From the NCBI RefSeq assembly GCF_016433145.1, contig NC_058130.1, forward strand, positions 499,839,078 through 499,903,077: a DNA stretch of 64,000 nt. The letters run 5' to 3'. Positions 1 through 14,500 of this stretch are shown piece by piece. Numbering within the stretch: position 1 is the first letter of the stretch; the number at the start of each line of letters is the position of its first letter. The notes under the pieces were generated by a model that was not told where the DNA came from, ran no database searches, and saw nothing but the letters and a program-made list of their open reading frames with translations. This DNA is from Gracilinanus agilis (lineage: Eukaryota). A program made the position numbers and the translations under genes.

Positions 1-2785
1 TTGAACAAGCCATCAAAGAACTCCCTAAGAAAAAATCACCAGGGCCTGATGGATTCACAAGTGAATTCTATCAAACGTTCAAAGAACAACTAATCCCAAT
101 ACTATACAAATTATTTTATATAATAAGCAAAGAAGGCATTCTACCAAATTCCTTTCATGGCACAAATATGGTACTGATTCCAAAGCCAGGTAGATCAAAA
201 ACAGAGAAATAGAACTACAGATCAATCTCCCTAATGAACAGAAATGCAAAAATCTTAAATAGAATACTAGCAAAAAGACTCCAGCAAGAGATCAAGAGGG
301 TTATACATCATGATCAAGTGGGATTTATACCAGGAATGCAAGGATGGTTCAACATTATGAAAACCATTCACATAATTAACCATATCAACAAGTTAACAAA
401 CAAAAATCACATGATTATCTCAGTAGATGCTGAAAAAGCCTTTGACAAAATACAACACCCATTCCTATAGAAAACACTAGAAAGTAAAGGAATAGAAGGA
501 CCTTTCCTAAAAATAATAAATAGTATATATGTAAAACCATCAACAAGCATCATATGCAATGATATTAGAATTTATTAGATGAATTAGAAACCTTCCCAAT
601 AAGATCAGGAGTGAAACAAAGGTGCCCATTATCACCTCTAGTATTTAACATTGTACTAGAAACACTAGCAATAGCAATAAGAGAAGAAAAAGAAATTTAA
701 AGTATTAAAATAGGCAATGAGGAGACCAAGCTATCACTCTTTGCAAATGATACGATGGTCTACTTAAAAAATCCTAAAGAATCAACTAAGAAGCTTGTAG
801 AAATAATCAACAACTTTAGCAAAGTTGCAGGATACAAAATAAATACACATAAATCATCAGCATTTCTATAAATTCCAACACATCACAACAGCAAGAGTTA
901 GAAAGAGAAACACCATTTAAAATCACCCTAGACAATATAAAATACTTAGGAATCTATCTACCAAAACAAACACAGCAATTATATGAATTCAACTACAAAA
1001 CACTTTCTAAACAATTAAAACTAAATCTAAACAATTGGAAAAATATTGATTGCTCATGGGTAGGATGAGTTAACATAATAAAAATGACCATCTACCCAAA
1101 TTAATTTACCTCTTTAGCTCCATACCTATCAAACTACCAAAAAACTTCTTTACTGAATTAGAAAAAAACTATAACCAAGTTCATTTGGAAGAACAAAAAC
1201 TTGAGAATATCAAGGGAAATAATTTTTAAAAAGTGAAGGAAGGTGGTCTAGCAGTACTAGATATTTAACTATACTATAAAGCAGCAGTCACCAAAACAGT
1301 ATGGTACTGAATAAGAGACAGAAGGGAGGATCAGTGGAATAGACTTGGTGTAAGTGACATCAGCAAGACAGTGTATGATAAACACAAAGAGCACAACTTT
1401 GGGGAAAAAAATCCACTATTTAGCAAAAACTGTTGGGAAAATTTGAAAACAATATGGGAGAGATTAGGTTTAGATCAACATCTCACACCCTATGCCAAGA
1501 TAAATTCAGAATGGGTGAATGATTGGAATATAAAGAAGGAAACTATAAATAAATTAAATGAACACAGAATAGAACACAGATTTCTGGGAAAGGAAAGATT
1601 GTAACACGGAGCAAGAGTAAGAAAAAAATTTCAACATGTAAAATAAATAATTTTGATTATATTAAATTTCAAAGGTTTTGTACAAACAAAAACAATGTAA
1701 CCAAAATCAGAAGGGAAACAACAAACTGGGGAAAAAATCTTTAAAATGAAAAACTCTGACACAGTTCTATTTATTCAAATATACAAGGAGCTAAATCAAT
1801 TGCATAAAAAATCAAGCCATTCCCCAATTGATAAATGGACAAGGGATATGAAAAAGTAATTTTCAGAAAAAAGAAATTAAAACTATCAATAAGCACATGA
1901 GAAAGTATTCTAAATCTCTAATAATTATAGATATGCAAATCAAAATAACTCTGAGGTACCACCTCACACCTAGGAGACTGGCTAAAATGACAACAGGGGA
2001 GAGTAATAAATGTAGGAGGAGATGTGGCCACATTGGAATATTAATGCATTGCTGGTGGAGTTGTGAACTGATCCAACCTTCTGGATGGCAATTTGAAACT
2101 ATGTCCAAAGAGCACTAAAAGACTGCCTACCCTTTGATCCAGCCATGCCATTGCTGGATTTGTACCCCAAGGAGATCATAAGGGAAAAGACTTATATAAA
2201 AATATTTATAGCCACGCTCTTTGTGGTGGCAAAAAACTGGAAAATGAGGGTATGCCCTTCAATTGGAGAATGGCTGAACAAATTGCCATATATGCTGATG
2301 ATGAAATACTATTGAACTCAAAGGAATAATAAACTGGAGGAATTCCATGTAAACTGAAATGACCTCTAGTAGTTGATGCAGAGTGAAAGGAGCAGAACCA
2401 GAAGAACATTGTACACAGAGACTGATACACTGTGGTAAAATCGAATGTAACAGACTTCTGTACTAACAGCAATGCATTGTCCCAGGACAATTCTGAGGAA
2501 TTTATAGAAAAGGACACTATCCACATTCAGAGGAGGTTACTACAAATGTAGAAACACAGAAGAAAAACAACTGCTTGAACACATGGGTTGATGCAGATAT
2601 GATTGGGAATGTAGGCTCGAAACAACCACACCAATGGTACTATCATGATTGATGACTCATGTTAAAACCAGTGGAAATGAGTAACGGCTTTGGGGGGGGT
2701 GGTTATGTAGGGGAGTGAAGGGGAAAGTAAGAACACGAATCATGTAACCCTGGAAAATTTTTCTAAAAAATAAATTTAAAATGCA
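1..2785 (+). mobile_element. LINE-1 (opossum-type), 3' part: degenerate ORF2 RT/C-terminus, 3' UTR with G-rich tract and A-rich tail; continues left of the window
   Basis: ORF fragments [43 protein letters not shown] and MQIKITLRYHLTP..HCWW; many stops and frameshifts; G tract about 2691-2737; tail about 2765-2785. Confidence 0.95.
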
Positions 2786-2883
2786 CCAAAAAAATTAAGT
2801 ATCATATATACAAAAAAATTAAAGGTAATTTAGAGGAAAGTATAACGTTTCCTTATATTCTATATTCTATATTTATAAATTCA

Positions 2884-3081
<198 letters not shown>

Positions 3082-3178
3082 TCAAATGGCATTGTATAAG
3101 TGTATTAGCATTAAACACATTGCTATTATTTTCTTTTATAATCTATTAGAGAGGAAAATTCATAGGTCATATCAATCA

Positions 3179-3355
<177 letters not shown>

Positions 3356-4599
3356 CTATTTGCTAAAAATAAAAATGGAAACTTTAAATCATTTGACACT
3401 AACTGAAAATATCAATGGCCTAGATTGTATGTTCTATAGAAAAGTCAGACCCCTATTTAAATTAGTAAGTGTACCTCCTTTTCCCAGAGCGCATACCCCA
3501 AGGATAACTATTTTATTTAATCTTACTATTATCTCAGGAAATATGAATTTCAAAAGTTCAGAACACTTTCTAATTTTAACATCTTTGTTATTAGCAAAAC
3601 CTGTTGTTCTCTGGATGACATTAGTAGTTAAACAGATCATAACCCTGCATCCAAGAATGTCATGAAATCCCTAACATGAGAAACCAACTGAGGACATAAC
3701 CATGCCCTTAACACATAATTTTGTGTTTTGGAAGTTTAGTAAACATTCTTAGGATGTTTTTAAAAGTCCTAAGTAACTATGAAAAAAAATGTGAATGTGC
3801 TGCATACTGCCATCAGATGTGTGTACAGTTCCATTGAATTAAATATTTGGTTCAAAACTTCTAACTGCAATTGAATCATATGGGTGAAATGTTAATTTAG
3901 TTTTCCATGAATTTCCTGCACTTTGCTTTTCAAAAGCAAAAATCTCAAGCAATATTTGAAAAAAAAATCTATTTTCTTCATCTATTTCAACTTCAGTGTT
4001 TCCAATAAGGCCCCTAAAGTTACTTACTGGCCAATATAAATTGGAACATACAATAAAGTTTGGACCATACAGGGTTATCCCTAAATTCTCAGAGGGATTT
4101 TAAGTTTTACTTGCTTATCAGATATGTATATGCTTATCAATTAAAAAAATGAAGCCAACTCAGATTGGCTAGACCAAATAATTTATGCTCTAGATGATTT
4201 TAACAGCCACTTAAAAAAAAAAAGGTTCAGGCATAAATATATTATCTTTGCTATTTTCAGTAACAGATAGTCAGACACACAAAAGAAAAGATAAACTTTA
4301 GCCAAAAGAAACATTTCAAATCAAAAACAGATGTGTATGCACACACATACACACATACACTCACACATACATACACATCTGCTTTAAAAATACTGGCCCT
4401 TCTATATGACATAAACATGTTATAAAAACAGATATTATTGTTTCCTAATTTTTTCTACCACCAAAGTTCCATTTATATAAAAGCATGTTTGGCATATAGA
4501 AAATAATATTTAAAATTATTGTTAACTATAATAATAGCATTTACATAAGGCTTTCAGTTTTGTAAATCATTTAAAAATATATAATCTAATGCTTATAGA

Positions 4600-4735
4600 A
4601 ACCCTAAGAGACAAGTGCCATGATGATCCCTATTTTATAAATGAGGTAATGGGGGCAGAGGATAATTAGATGATTTGTCTACTGAGGCTGAATTTAAACT
4701 CAGGTCCTTCTAACTCCAGGTTCAGCATTATATGT
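4600..4735 (-). mobile_element. MIR-family CORE-SINE fragment
   Basis: cctattttataaatgaggtaatggggg..gctgaatttaaactcaggtcc (reverse CORE and B box). Confidence 0.7.
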
Positions 4736-5374
4736 ACTCTATTACTTAGGTGCTTTTTAATGAAATGAGTAATAAAGTCAGATCATGAGCCTGGCTTGGA
4801 TTGTTACATCTTTGAAAAACTCTTTAGCATGCTGATATTAAACATTTTAAAATAGAGATATTAATGAAATAATGGAAACTTAGATGCAGCAATATAGGAA
4901 CTATATCAATGTTCCAAACTAGGATAGAGGAGAACTAGGGTAAATGGCCAATATTGCCACTTAAAATCTGCAGAATCTGAAAAGCATATCTAAAATGCAT
5001 ACAAATAAATATTCAAAGAGAAAACATAGCTTGTACACAAAATCAATTAGAATTCCTAGAACAAATGAAGAGAAAATTTTATTATTTTACCAAATAATTA
5101 TTGTTTCTTAAAGCCTCAGTAGAATTTTGACCAGAAGTATTCTCATATAAATTTTGAAGTCAAATTTAAAAATTCTTAAATGTCATCATTTAGGAAAAAT
5201 ATCATTTTTTATTTAATTTTCTTTTTAAAAAATCACTTGTCTTTTTCACTGGGACAGAAGAATTCTTTCTAGGTTTAAAACCAAAAATGATTTTATAAAT
5301 GGCAGAATTAAGTGGGAAATGATAGACGCCTGAGGTGATAGTAGCAATAAAAGGGAAATGGAGATGGCAATAGC

Positions 5375-5570
5375 CATGAGCCTGGACTTGAAGAAGAATC
5401 AGTAAGTTAATTTCTCAGCCTCACTACTTAGAAATCATTTGTTATCATTGATAAGGCATTTAATCTATTCAAGTCTGTTTCCTCATTTTAAAAACGAAAA
5501 TAAAATTTGTATTACCTACTACCCTAAAAGCACTTTATGAATTATGAAGGGCTATATAAATATGTTACCA
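5375..5570 (+). mobile_element. MIR-family CORE-SINE
   Basis: aagtctgtttcctcattttaaaa CORE motif and gctatataaat tail. Confidence 0.7.
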
Positions 5571-5720
5571 TTATCATATCATCATCGTTACTATTATTCA
5601 TGTGGTGATATTACTATTTTTATACTAATGTATTTATGTAAGGCCCTACACTGGCTATACCTTTACCCTTGCTCTCCTATTTCTTCTCTGAATTTCTTCT
5701 TCATCTGAAGAAGAAATCTA

Positions 5721-5897
<177 letters not shown>

Positions 5898-6936
5898 CTA
5901 TCATCCACAAAAGCAAGGCCCAACTTAATTAATGATGATAGAGAATTTTATTGCACCCTTTCCCACATGTATAATTTCCAATAATATTCTCCAATAAAAA
6001 ATCATTAACAGATTGTAACATACAGTTTGGTTTCTATCCTATGGAGGCTTTTTCTCCTACAAAACTGTCACACAGTCATTAAAATTTTATCTTTCAGCAT
6101 TAAGTTAGCAAAATATATGTAAAGTTCTTGAGAAATAAAAAATAGATCTGTACATTAATTATAAAAATAAAGTGAATAAATAATATTATATAAATATCCT
6201 AAATTTAATGTTTGCTGATTTTGGCATTGGCATTGAGAACAAAGTACTAAAGGAAGTTGTCATTATCGTGGCCAAGAAATATTTACTAAGCCCCTGCCTT
6301 CATTGTGTGAGTTAATACAAAGAAAATTACACGGATGTAGTTCCTGCCCTGCTAATAATGTTGCAAGGTTACAAACACCCATATGTTCTGTGTAATACTC
6401 TGTTCAAAAAACATAAAGTCACATATCCTAACTCCAATATCCTATAATGCTTTCAACCTATGAACATAAGAAGCTAAGTCCCTGTCTCTATTCTATGTAA
6501 TGCTGTATGAGTGGAATGATAAAGACATTCCAGGAATTTAAGAAGACTATGAAATATCCCTCCAAAAGAAGTTTTTTAAATATGTAGATTCCTATTTTTG
6601 AGGGAAACTTGAACAATAGTGTCAGTCTTAATGTGAAGGGGGTAGACTAAATGAATTTTTTGACTTTTATTTCTCTCATAGTTTAGGATTCATTCATAGG
6701 TTAGTCTCATAGTTTAAGATTCAGTCAATAATCTTCATAGAAGAATTACTGAATATATTCCAAGCTGGACTTTCTAAATGCAGGCTTTTCATCCCCTATG
6801 TTTTATGAATATCAATGACAAGACTATCTTTCTCAAATCTTGCTTTCAGCAGATAATTTCCTTGCTCAAAAACATTCTATTTCTTCCAGCTAACCCAGCT
6901 ATTCTTCAAACTTAATATGCTATCTCCAATTTTATA

Positions 6937-7180
6937 TTTAGAGTTGGACCTGGTCTTAGAGGTCACCTAGTCAAAATTGCATCTAAACAAATATCCTTTT
7001 ACACAGTAAATCAAACAAAGGCTTATCTAGCCTTTGCTTAAAGACCTCTATAAGTCCCCCATTGCTCCTAATTGTGCCCTTTATGATCAAGCAAGAAGAT
7101 GGCTTGTCACTCTTCCAATGACAACCCTTTAGACCTTTCAAGATAGCTATAATGTGACTTCATCCTTATCTTCTCTAAAA
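6937..7180 (-). mobile_element. CR1/L3 3' fragment
   Basis: ttagaggtcacctagtc..tatctagcctttgcttaaagacctc resembles the reverse L3 3' end. Confidence 0.65.
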
Positions 7181-7499
7181 AGAGATGTAAGCTACCTTAT
7201 AGCAATACATCTATAAGTCTCTCAAATTCTCTCATACAAGTACAGCTTCATGTAATAAGCATTAACATTATGTGAATTCAAAAGAATACAAAATATCATT
7301 TTATAACTCTAATAGATGTGTGATTTTTTATATGGATATTTCCATAAGATGCAGATAAAACCCTCTATCCTGCTAATTGTGTACAACCCTTAGGCATGTG
7401 CTTCCATAAATCCAACAAAAGGGATCCATCTACAGTGCCAAGAACAGACCTCTCATTCTCTGGAAATCAGAGTGATATACTAATGGGATGTGGAACTGC

Positions 7500-7990
7500 T
7501 CAACAGTTATTTCTCCTACCTTGTTCTGAGACTGGCCTAGTTTTCATTCTGCTTATGCATTTCTTTGATGCATAGAAGAGTCTCCAACCATTAAGGAATT
7601 TTCTAGAATGCAACAACAGCTGAGGCATGAATTTGCAGTCCAAAAGGTAATGGACAACATCTAAAGAATGATTAAAATTTGGAAGACCTAACTGCCTGCA
7701 CACAAACGTAATGGAGGCCCAGAAGGAATTCACTAATGATAAAAAGAGACAAGCCTGGTGGTGGGGTTTTCTGAGGTGAGAAGGCCCCATGGAGAGATCA
7801 AAAGTTCCAGGGTGAGAAAGCTTTTGAGCAAAGTTCTAAGAGAGGTTCCAAGGTGAGACATGATTTTGAAGGCCAAAGAAGGGGAATTACTATGCCTATT
7901 CTCTCACTTTTTGAAACATTTCTCTTTATAAACTTCTGTGATCTGATACAGGTGAAGTGAAACCTCAGAGTTGCTTTAATGTGCAATCTC
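7500..7990 (-). mobile_element. Very old, highly degenerate L1 ORF2 C-terminus/3' UTR fragment
   Basis: Minus-strand MHIKATLRFH resembles L1 MQIKTTLRYH; downstream similarity is weak. Confidence 0.45.
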
Positions 7991-8029
7991 TAACTAGTAA
8001 AATATGGAACACTTTTTCACATAGTTACT

Positions 8030-8230
8030 GATAGCTTTTTCTAACAACAAACCTATATCTGCCTCTTTGCAACCTCTACCTACTGTTTTCAGGGCCATAC
8101 TAGGGCCAAACAAAATAGTCCATGCTTTTTCCATATCGAAGTCTTTCAAATATAGGGAAATAGGTGCCTTCCTTCACAAAGTGTTTGCTCCAGGTTAAAT
8201 AACTTTAATTCCTTCAACCATGTATATATT
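8030..8230 (-). mobile_element. CR1/L3 fragment
   Basis: atctgcctctttgcaacctctacc..ccaggttaaataactttaattccttcaacc. Confidence 0.65.
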
Positions 8231-9951
8231 ATTCCAATAATATCACCAGCTTCTCTATTTAACCTCAGTTTCACTATATGAATGATCTACCTGCTTTTGC
8301 AGTTAAAGATGCCCTTAATGATGTCTTTTATATCATTCTTACAATTCAGTGCTTGTAATATGTTACAATCAGTCTATACCCATTGTGCATCAACCCACCA
8401 CATTCTGGCCCACCAATAATTGTGGTTCTTTTGAGAAATTCGGGTTCTATGATTCATATTGATAAAGCTTCAATGAGAGAATATTAGTGTTAGAAACATA
8501 GGTTTTTGTGGCAGGGAAGAACTTTTGAGTTCATTTAATGCATTTATAATTTCCCAGTAAAATCTAGCATTATTTCCTCCCTCAATTCATTTTTTAGTTT
8601 ATTGGATTGTCCATCTACAATATTTATTTTGGATTATCTAAGTCCAAATCATAATCTGAAAATTGTCTATTTTTCATCCATTTTCCCTAGAGAGTTTGAT
8701 TACAATGATCTCTTTCAAAAGATAATGTTTTGTTTTGTTTTGCTGAAGATACAATGTAATGTTATAGTACCAATAAAATTAGTACAATATCATTTGAAGA
8801 ACTACACTATTGATAGGATATTCTTCTATTAATTCTGCTCAGGACATTCCCTACAGTAGTGATGAACACCTTAGGTGAGAATCTGTGTTTCAGATATTTT
8901 GATACTCACTTCATGTTAACATTTAGTATGCTAAGTGAGTTCCAATATTTCACTTGTCATACTCTTATATTATTTTAACATACCCATAGGAGACATCTTG
9001 TTGGAGGAGAGCTTTAAAAATCACATTTTGTACTACTTCATGATTTTTTAATTTTATATCAACAAGAAACACCACTGCTTTCAGTCAAGTAGATGACCAT
9101 AAAGAAATTGTCTGCTTAAGAAATTTTATGTAAAAGACTTCTAGTTCCATTTTCAGATTTTTATTGTATACGACAACCACCTTAACAAATAATTTATGTA
9201 TTTTAGTCATATTTCTCCTATAAAAATAAATCTGATGATTCCGTGAATGTACCCCATATAACCAGACATAAAAACTATTATAGTTAGGATGGAGCTCAGG
9301 AAAAACAAAAGATGATAAGGAATAATGCATTTATTTAAAACATGTCAGTCTTATCAAATCATTTTCTGATAACAGACTTGGTAGTTAAAAATACTTTTTG
9401 AAAAGTCATATTTTAATTCAAGTTGTGCATCTTCCTCTTTGGCTTCTGAAGAAATAATTTTTCCAACACTGATGAAATCAAGGATATTTTTAACATGACA
9501 ACAAATCATCAGTCTCTTGAGAACCACAGAAACACAAAAATAACATTATCCTTTCCTATCATCTTCCATTCATGGTTCATATTAATCTACAAAGATTTCA
9601 TGTTAATGTTCATTACATCAAGGCACAATTATTATCTCTATAACCGAAAATGTGGATTCAGAGAAATTAAACAGAAGCCATCAACAAACTTTTAAAATAA
9701 ATCAGTGAATAAGACATGCCACTAAGGAAGGTCAGAACATGATTTCTTGTCCTTTTATAATATTCATCATAAATAAATTTATATCAAATAGTTTTTTATC
9801 TTTTCTGTAATAAGAACATCATTAGTAGTATTTTTCATAATAAATATGTCCATGATCATAAATAGGTAATCATGTTCACATACTTTTATTCAAAAATTCA
9901 TTTTCTTGATAATACTCAATGCCTAATATATGCCAGGCACAGCAATGGTTA

Positions 9952-10224
<273 letters not shown>

Positions 10225-11159
10225 TCAATATACTACAGAAAAGCTTGGGAACTTCTTGAAGGATTGGTTCCACAGATGAAGTATATCCAAAAGAATATTT
10301 AACATTTTTACATAATCTTGATTAGACTTGCATTGCCCAATCCCAAAGCAGATTTTAAAATGAATTATAAAAGTGTTTATTATACAGTGTCCATTTTTAT
10401 GTGATTTTTTGAATTCAATAAAGAATATTTTCTGTTCAATTCTGTTTATATATGTTATTTTACATTATCTCTCCTGTTTTCCCATCAAAGACTGAAAAGA
10501 AACAGTATATTCCTTAATAAAACAATATTTATTCTCTTCAAATGTTAGCATGTGAGGAAAGAATTATAGATGTGGGGAAAAGAAGTGTCTTCTAGTCTCT
10601 GTCTCTGTATATTAAAACTATTCTTTCCCTTTCAGCAGCATTTACTGAAGGCATACAAGGCCACACTCAAGGGAAACCAGAAGAATGGAGCAGGAAAGAT
10701 GGTAGAAATTACCATACCCGGCTATGCCTTTCCCACACAGAGATATGCAGACAGAGTGACCACAAGTATAATAGTGCCCTGGGGGCAGAATAATCAAGTT
10801 CATAATTTTATAGACCTAGATCAAAAAAAAAGGATGACAAAATAACATTATTTCCATAATTGCTAAAGCTAAACTGAAGACAATTTAGCCTGTCTGTATT
10901 AATTACCGGCTACATTTAGCATCCATATGTTCTGTTTGTCATGTATGATGATTTTTTTTACATCATCTACTCTACCTTCCACTACTAAAACTCTAACTTA
11001 AAAATAATATATATCCTTTATCATGTTACCTGCTATCTCAGAGAGGGGGGAGAAAAGAGAGAAAGGAGAAGAACACATATCACAAAATGTCAGAAAACAA
11101 ATATTAAAAATTGTATCAACACATAAAAAATGACAAATTTGAAATAACTGAAATCCATA

Positions 11160-11370
11160 GGCTAACATATACACATACACACATCCTAGCTATATGTGCA
11201 TAAATGGAAACTTATGGTTATGTATATGTACACATATATGTGCATTGTTTTTATATGTACTATGTGCGTGCCTGCACATGAGTGTAGTATGGGCATATAT
11301 ATCTGTGTCTATATCTATATATCAAATGTACATTGTATATGGAAATATGTGTACATATTGGATCATGTTA
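11160..11370. repeat. Degenerate TA/TG low-complexity tract
   Basis: Interspersed tatg/tgtg/atat units. Confidence 0.75.
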
Positions 11371-11439
11371 TATATTCGCCAGATTATGGGAGAATGCTGG
11401 GCTTTTGGCAAAAGGAGGACAAGTCAGTTACATGGTACA

Positions 11440-11800
11440 TAAAACACTGATATTAGAGTCAAAAAGGCCCAGACTCTAAGCCTGCCTTAGACTTTTACTA
11501 GCTTTTGGACTCTAGGTAAACCATTTAATTTCTTTGCCTTAAATTTCTCATCCATCAAATAAGGTTGTATTCAATGTCTTCTAATTGGGTCTATGATTCC
11601 TATAGATTCAGATCTGGCTTCTGACACCAAAGAGTCATGTGGGGCTATAGACATGTCACTTAACATCTCAGAGACTCATTTTCCTCACCTGAAAAGTAAA
11701 CAACACCTGAAATATTTACTTCATGGTATTCTAGGGAAGACTGAATGAGATATGGTCTGTAAAAGATTTTGAAAACTTCAAAATGCTTTAAATTTCAGCT
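11440..11800 (+). mobile_element. Two adjacent MIR/MIR3 CORE-SINEs
   Basis: tttctcatccatcaaat..ctatgattccta, then gtcacttaacatctcagagactcattttcctcacctgaaaa. Confidence 0.7.
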
Positions 11801-12299
11801 CTTATTATGATGGTGGGCTACATCAATAACTTATATAGTTGATATCTTATTATTCAATTCAGATTAGTTACCACTGAATAGAAAGATGTCTGAAAGAAAA
11901 AAAGCTTATTGTTAGATAATTTGAGTATCTGTGCTATTCTCATAAAACTGAGTTCTCACATACTAAAAACATGAATATCATTCATTCCATCTATTTTATA
12001 CTTTTTCCCATAATTTTATCCTTGGCCAGAATTAATAATAGCAATTCCTAGCCAAATAAAATACCATTCTCTTGATAAGTTCTACATAAATATAAATTTA
12101 TGATAAGAAATTTATTTTCATTGCAAATGAGATGTTATTTCCTCACCTGTAAGTGATATCAATGCAAGATAAAATGGAAGCTTGATGGAATTTTGCATAC
12201 ATTTCAAGCAAAAAAATGCTTTATGACCATAAAAACATGGATAGTTTTAACTTTCATAATTAATATTAAAAGGACATGGGATTCTGACTCAAGACCTTA

Positions 12300-12580
12300 G
12301 AAATTGTGCCATTCACCACATCATTTTATCAATGAAAAAAATTATCCCAGAGTTTTGAAGTGACTTGCCCAAGGTCACAATTAGTGGTCAGGATTCAAAA
12401 CCAGGCCCTCTTACTTTAGATTTCATGGTCTTTATTTTTTATTTGTTTTTTAATTATCTTTTCCCCAATTGCTTAAGATACAATTTTTGATAATTTTTTA
12501 ACATTTTACAATACATATTGTCTCCCTCTCTTCTTACTCCCCAATATAGTAGGCAATATGAATTAGGTTATACCTGAGCT
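12300..12580 (-). mobile_element. MIR fragment (about 12300-12430) followed by an L1 3'-terminal fragment (about 12430-12580)
   Basis: gtgacttgcccaaggtcaca; then T-rich tail with cccaattgc..ctccctctc..gtaggcaat. Confidence 0.6.
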
Positions 12581-13544
12581 AAAATATAATGAACTTTCTC
12601 AAGTAGCACAGAACTGATATCTTTTCTATTACTTATATCTCTATGCATGCAGAGTTTTTGTCAGTAGCAAATAAATATATTTTGATTCTGTAGAAAAACG
12701 ATGAAATGGAATTTTCTCACTTCCAAAATGACAAGTGAAAATACTGAGAGGCTCTTATACAAAGCAATATATTAAATACACAAAAAATAAACATTGCCTA
12801 GTCAATATGCTCTGTGTGCTTAATAGGTGAGGGAGTTTAGAGTTGAGAAAAGATAATAAAACTGTTTACCCTTATCAGAATTAGTTGTTCTGAAATTATC
12901 CCTGCCCCTACAATTCTCTTCCAAAGAGCTGTCTATTTCTTCCTTCCAAAAAGGATGATATCTTCTTGAGGAAACAGATCCAAATGACTGCTATTTCCCT
13001 ATTGTAACTTCAGATATTATTAAGAAAGACTTTACTTCCCCTTCAGAAAATTCAAAGAATACACTAGTGAATCCACTCCTATAATCCCATCTAGGATTTT
13101 TCATAAATATTCTAAGAGCTTCAATGAAGTTCTTGTTTCTTATTTCATTTTAGGCATTAAGCTAGTTTGGAAATCAGGAGAAAAATTAAAATTTTAATTC
13201 AATTATTTGGGTTTTATTTCCAATGACTGAGAATTTATTTTAGAAACAACTCTATCAGGACTTGACATAGAAATACTATTTAGAGAATCAAAAATGTGTA
13301 AATTTAGTATCTCATTTGAAAACTAGGTATTTATGATATTCAACTCTTTTCCTTATGTCTGGAATCTTGAGATTCTTTGTGGCTATCTTCTCAAATGCCC
13401 TCCTTCCCATTTCATCAAACCTTCCCAAATCCTATTATCTGTACTTTCATACCATTCACAGGGATGACTTTATAGTAGGTGATACAACAAAGAAAGTATT
13501 TTACCAGGAGTTAGGAACAGCTATGTATAAATCCTACTTTAGAC

Positions 13545-13735
13545 ATTAGTAGATTTTTTTAACCCAGGCAAGTAATTTATTTAATCTGTGAACCTCAGTT
13601 TCCCCATATGTCAAATGAGAATAATAATACTAACTACCTCCCACCACTGTTGTGAGAATAGGATAATAATTGTAAAGTGCTTAGAAAACCTTAAAGTGCT
13701 ATATAAACGTTGGCAATTATTATTATTGTTATTAT
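13545..13735 (+). mobile_element. MIR CORE-SINE
   Basis: cctcagtttccccatatgtcaaatgagaataataatac..aaagtgctatataaa. Confidence 0.85.
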
Positions 13736-13759
13736 GATCATCTTTATTTTTACCTCATC

Positions 13760-14210
13760 ACTTACAAATGTTCCAACTCCATAATTCATAGATCTGAAAT
13801 TTGATTACTGGAATAGCTTCCTAATTGGTCTCTCTGCCTCAAGCGTTTTCCTTCTCCAACACATCTTCCACACAGATAATAAAATGATATCTCTAAAGCA
13901 AAATCTGAACATGTCACTTCAAAATCTCCAGTGCTTCCTAAATAGTCTTTAGGATTAAATCAGACCTGACTATTTGGCAATGAAGGACCTCCACAGTCTG
14001 ATTCTAGCCTACATATCTAAGTTGATTATATGTTACCTACCCTATACTTTAGGCAAATTGACCTATTTGCTGTTTGCTGAACTTAACATTTCCTCTCCTG
14101 CTTGTGTCTTTGGAGAAGTCACACACTACCTCTGGTACACACCTTTGTCACCTCTACCTCTTAAAACCCTTAATTTCTTTTAAGACTAGCTCAATAATCA
14201 TTTCATTCAG
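13760..14210 (+). mobile_element. L2 3' region fragment
   Basis: attactggaatagcttcctaattggtctctctgcctc..aaatctgaacatgtcact. Confidence 0.8.
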
Positions 14211-14243
14211 GAGGAAGGATATTTAGTGATCTCCCTCCCTTTA

Positions 14244-14500
14244 GGGCAGCTAGATAGCACAGTGGGTAGAGTGTTGGGCCTGGAGAAAGGAAAATTCCTC
14301 TTCCTGAGTTTAAATCTATCCTTAGACATTTATTAGTTGTATAACCCTGGTCAAATCACTTAACCCTGTTAGCTTTGGTTTCCTCATCTACAAAAAGAGC
14401 TGGAGAAGGAAATGGGAAACCATTCTAGTAATTTCCCAAAAAAAACACCCAAAACTGGGTTACAAGTCAGACAAGACTGAAAAAAATGACTGAACAATAA
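14244..14500 (+). mobile_element. Mar1-type marsupial SINE (tRNA head + CORE + RTE/Bov-A-like tail)
   Basis: gggcagctagatagcacagtgg head; ggagaaggaaatgggaaaccattctag..gactgaacaa tail. Confidence 0.85.

Noticed and set aside
234-2526. L1 ORF2 fragments as a possibly active retrotransposon
   Set aside because: Numerous stops and frameshifts; the longest sense ORF is 78 aa.
6674-6723. 19-bp near-perfect direct repeat tctcatagttta(g/a)gattca
   Set aside because: An ordinary local slippage duplication with no further structure.
10615-10660. Strong plus-strand acceptor ttctttccctttcag|cag, suggesting an antisense lncRNA exon
   Set aside because: No matching donor or other support; the following sequence resembles a decayed L2 end.
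11194-11450. Two overlapping 82-84 aa ORFs
   Set aside because: Artefacts of a TA/TG low-complexity tract.
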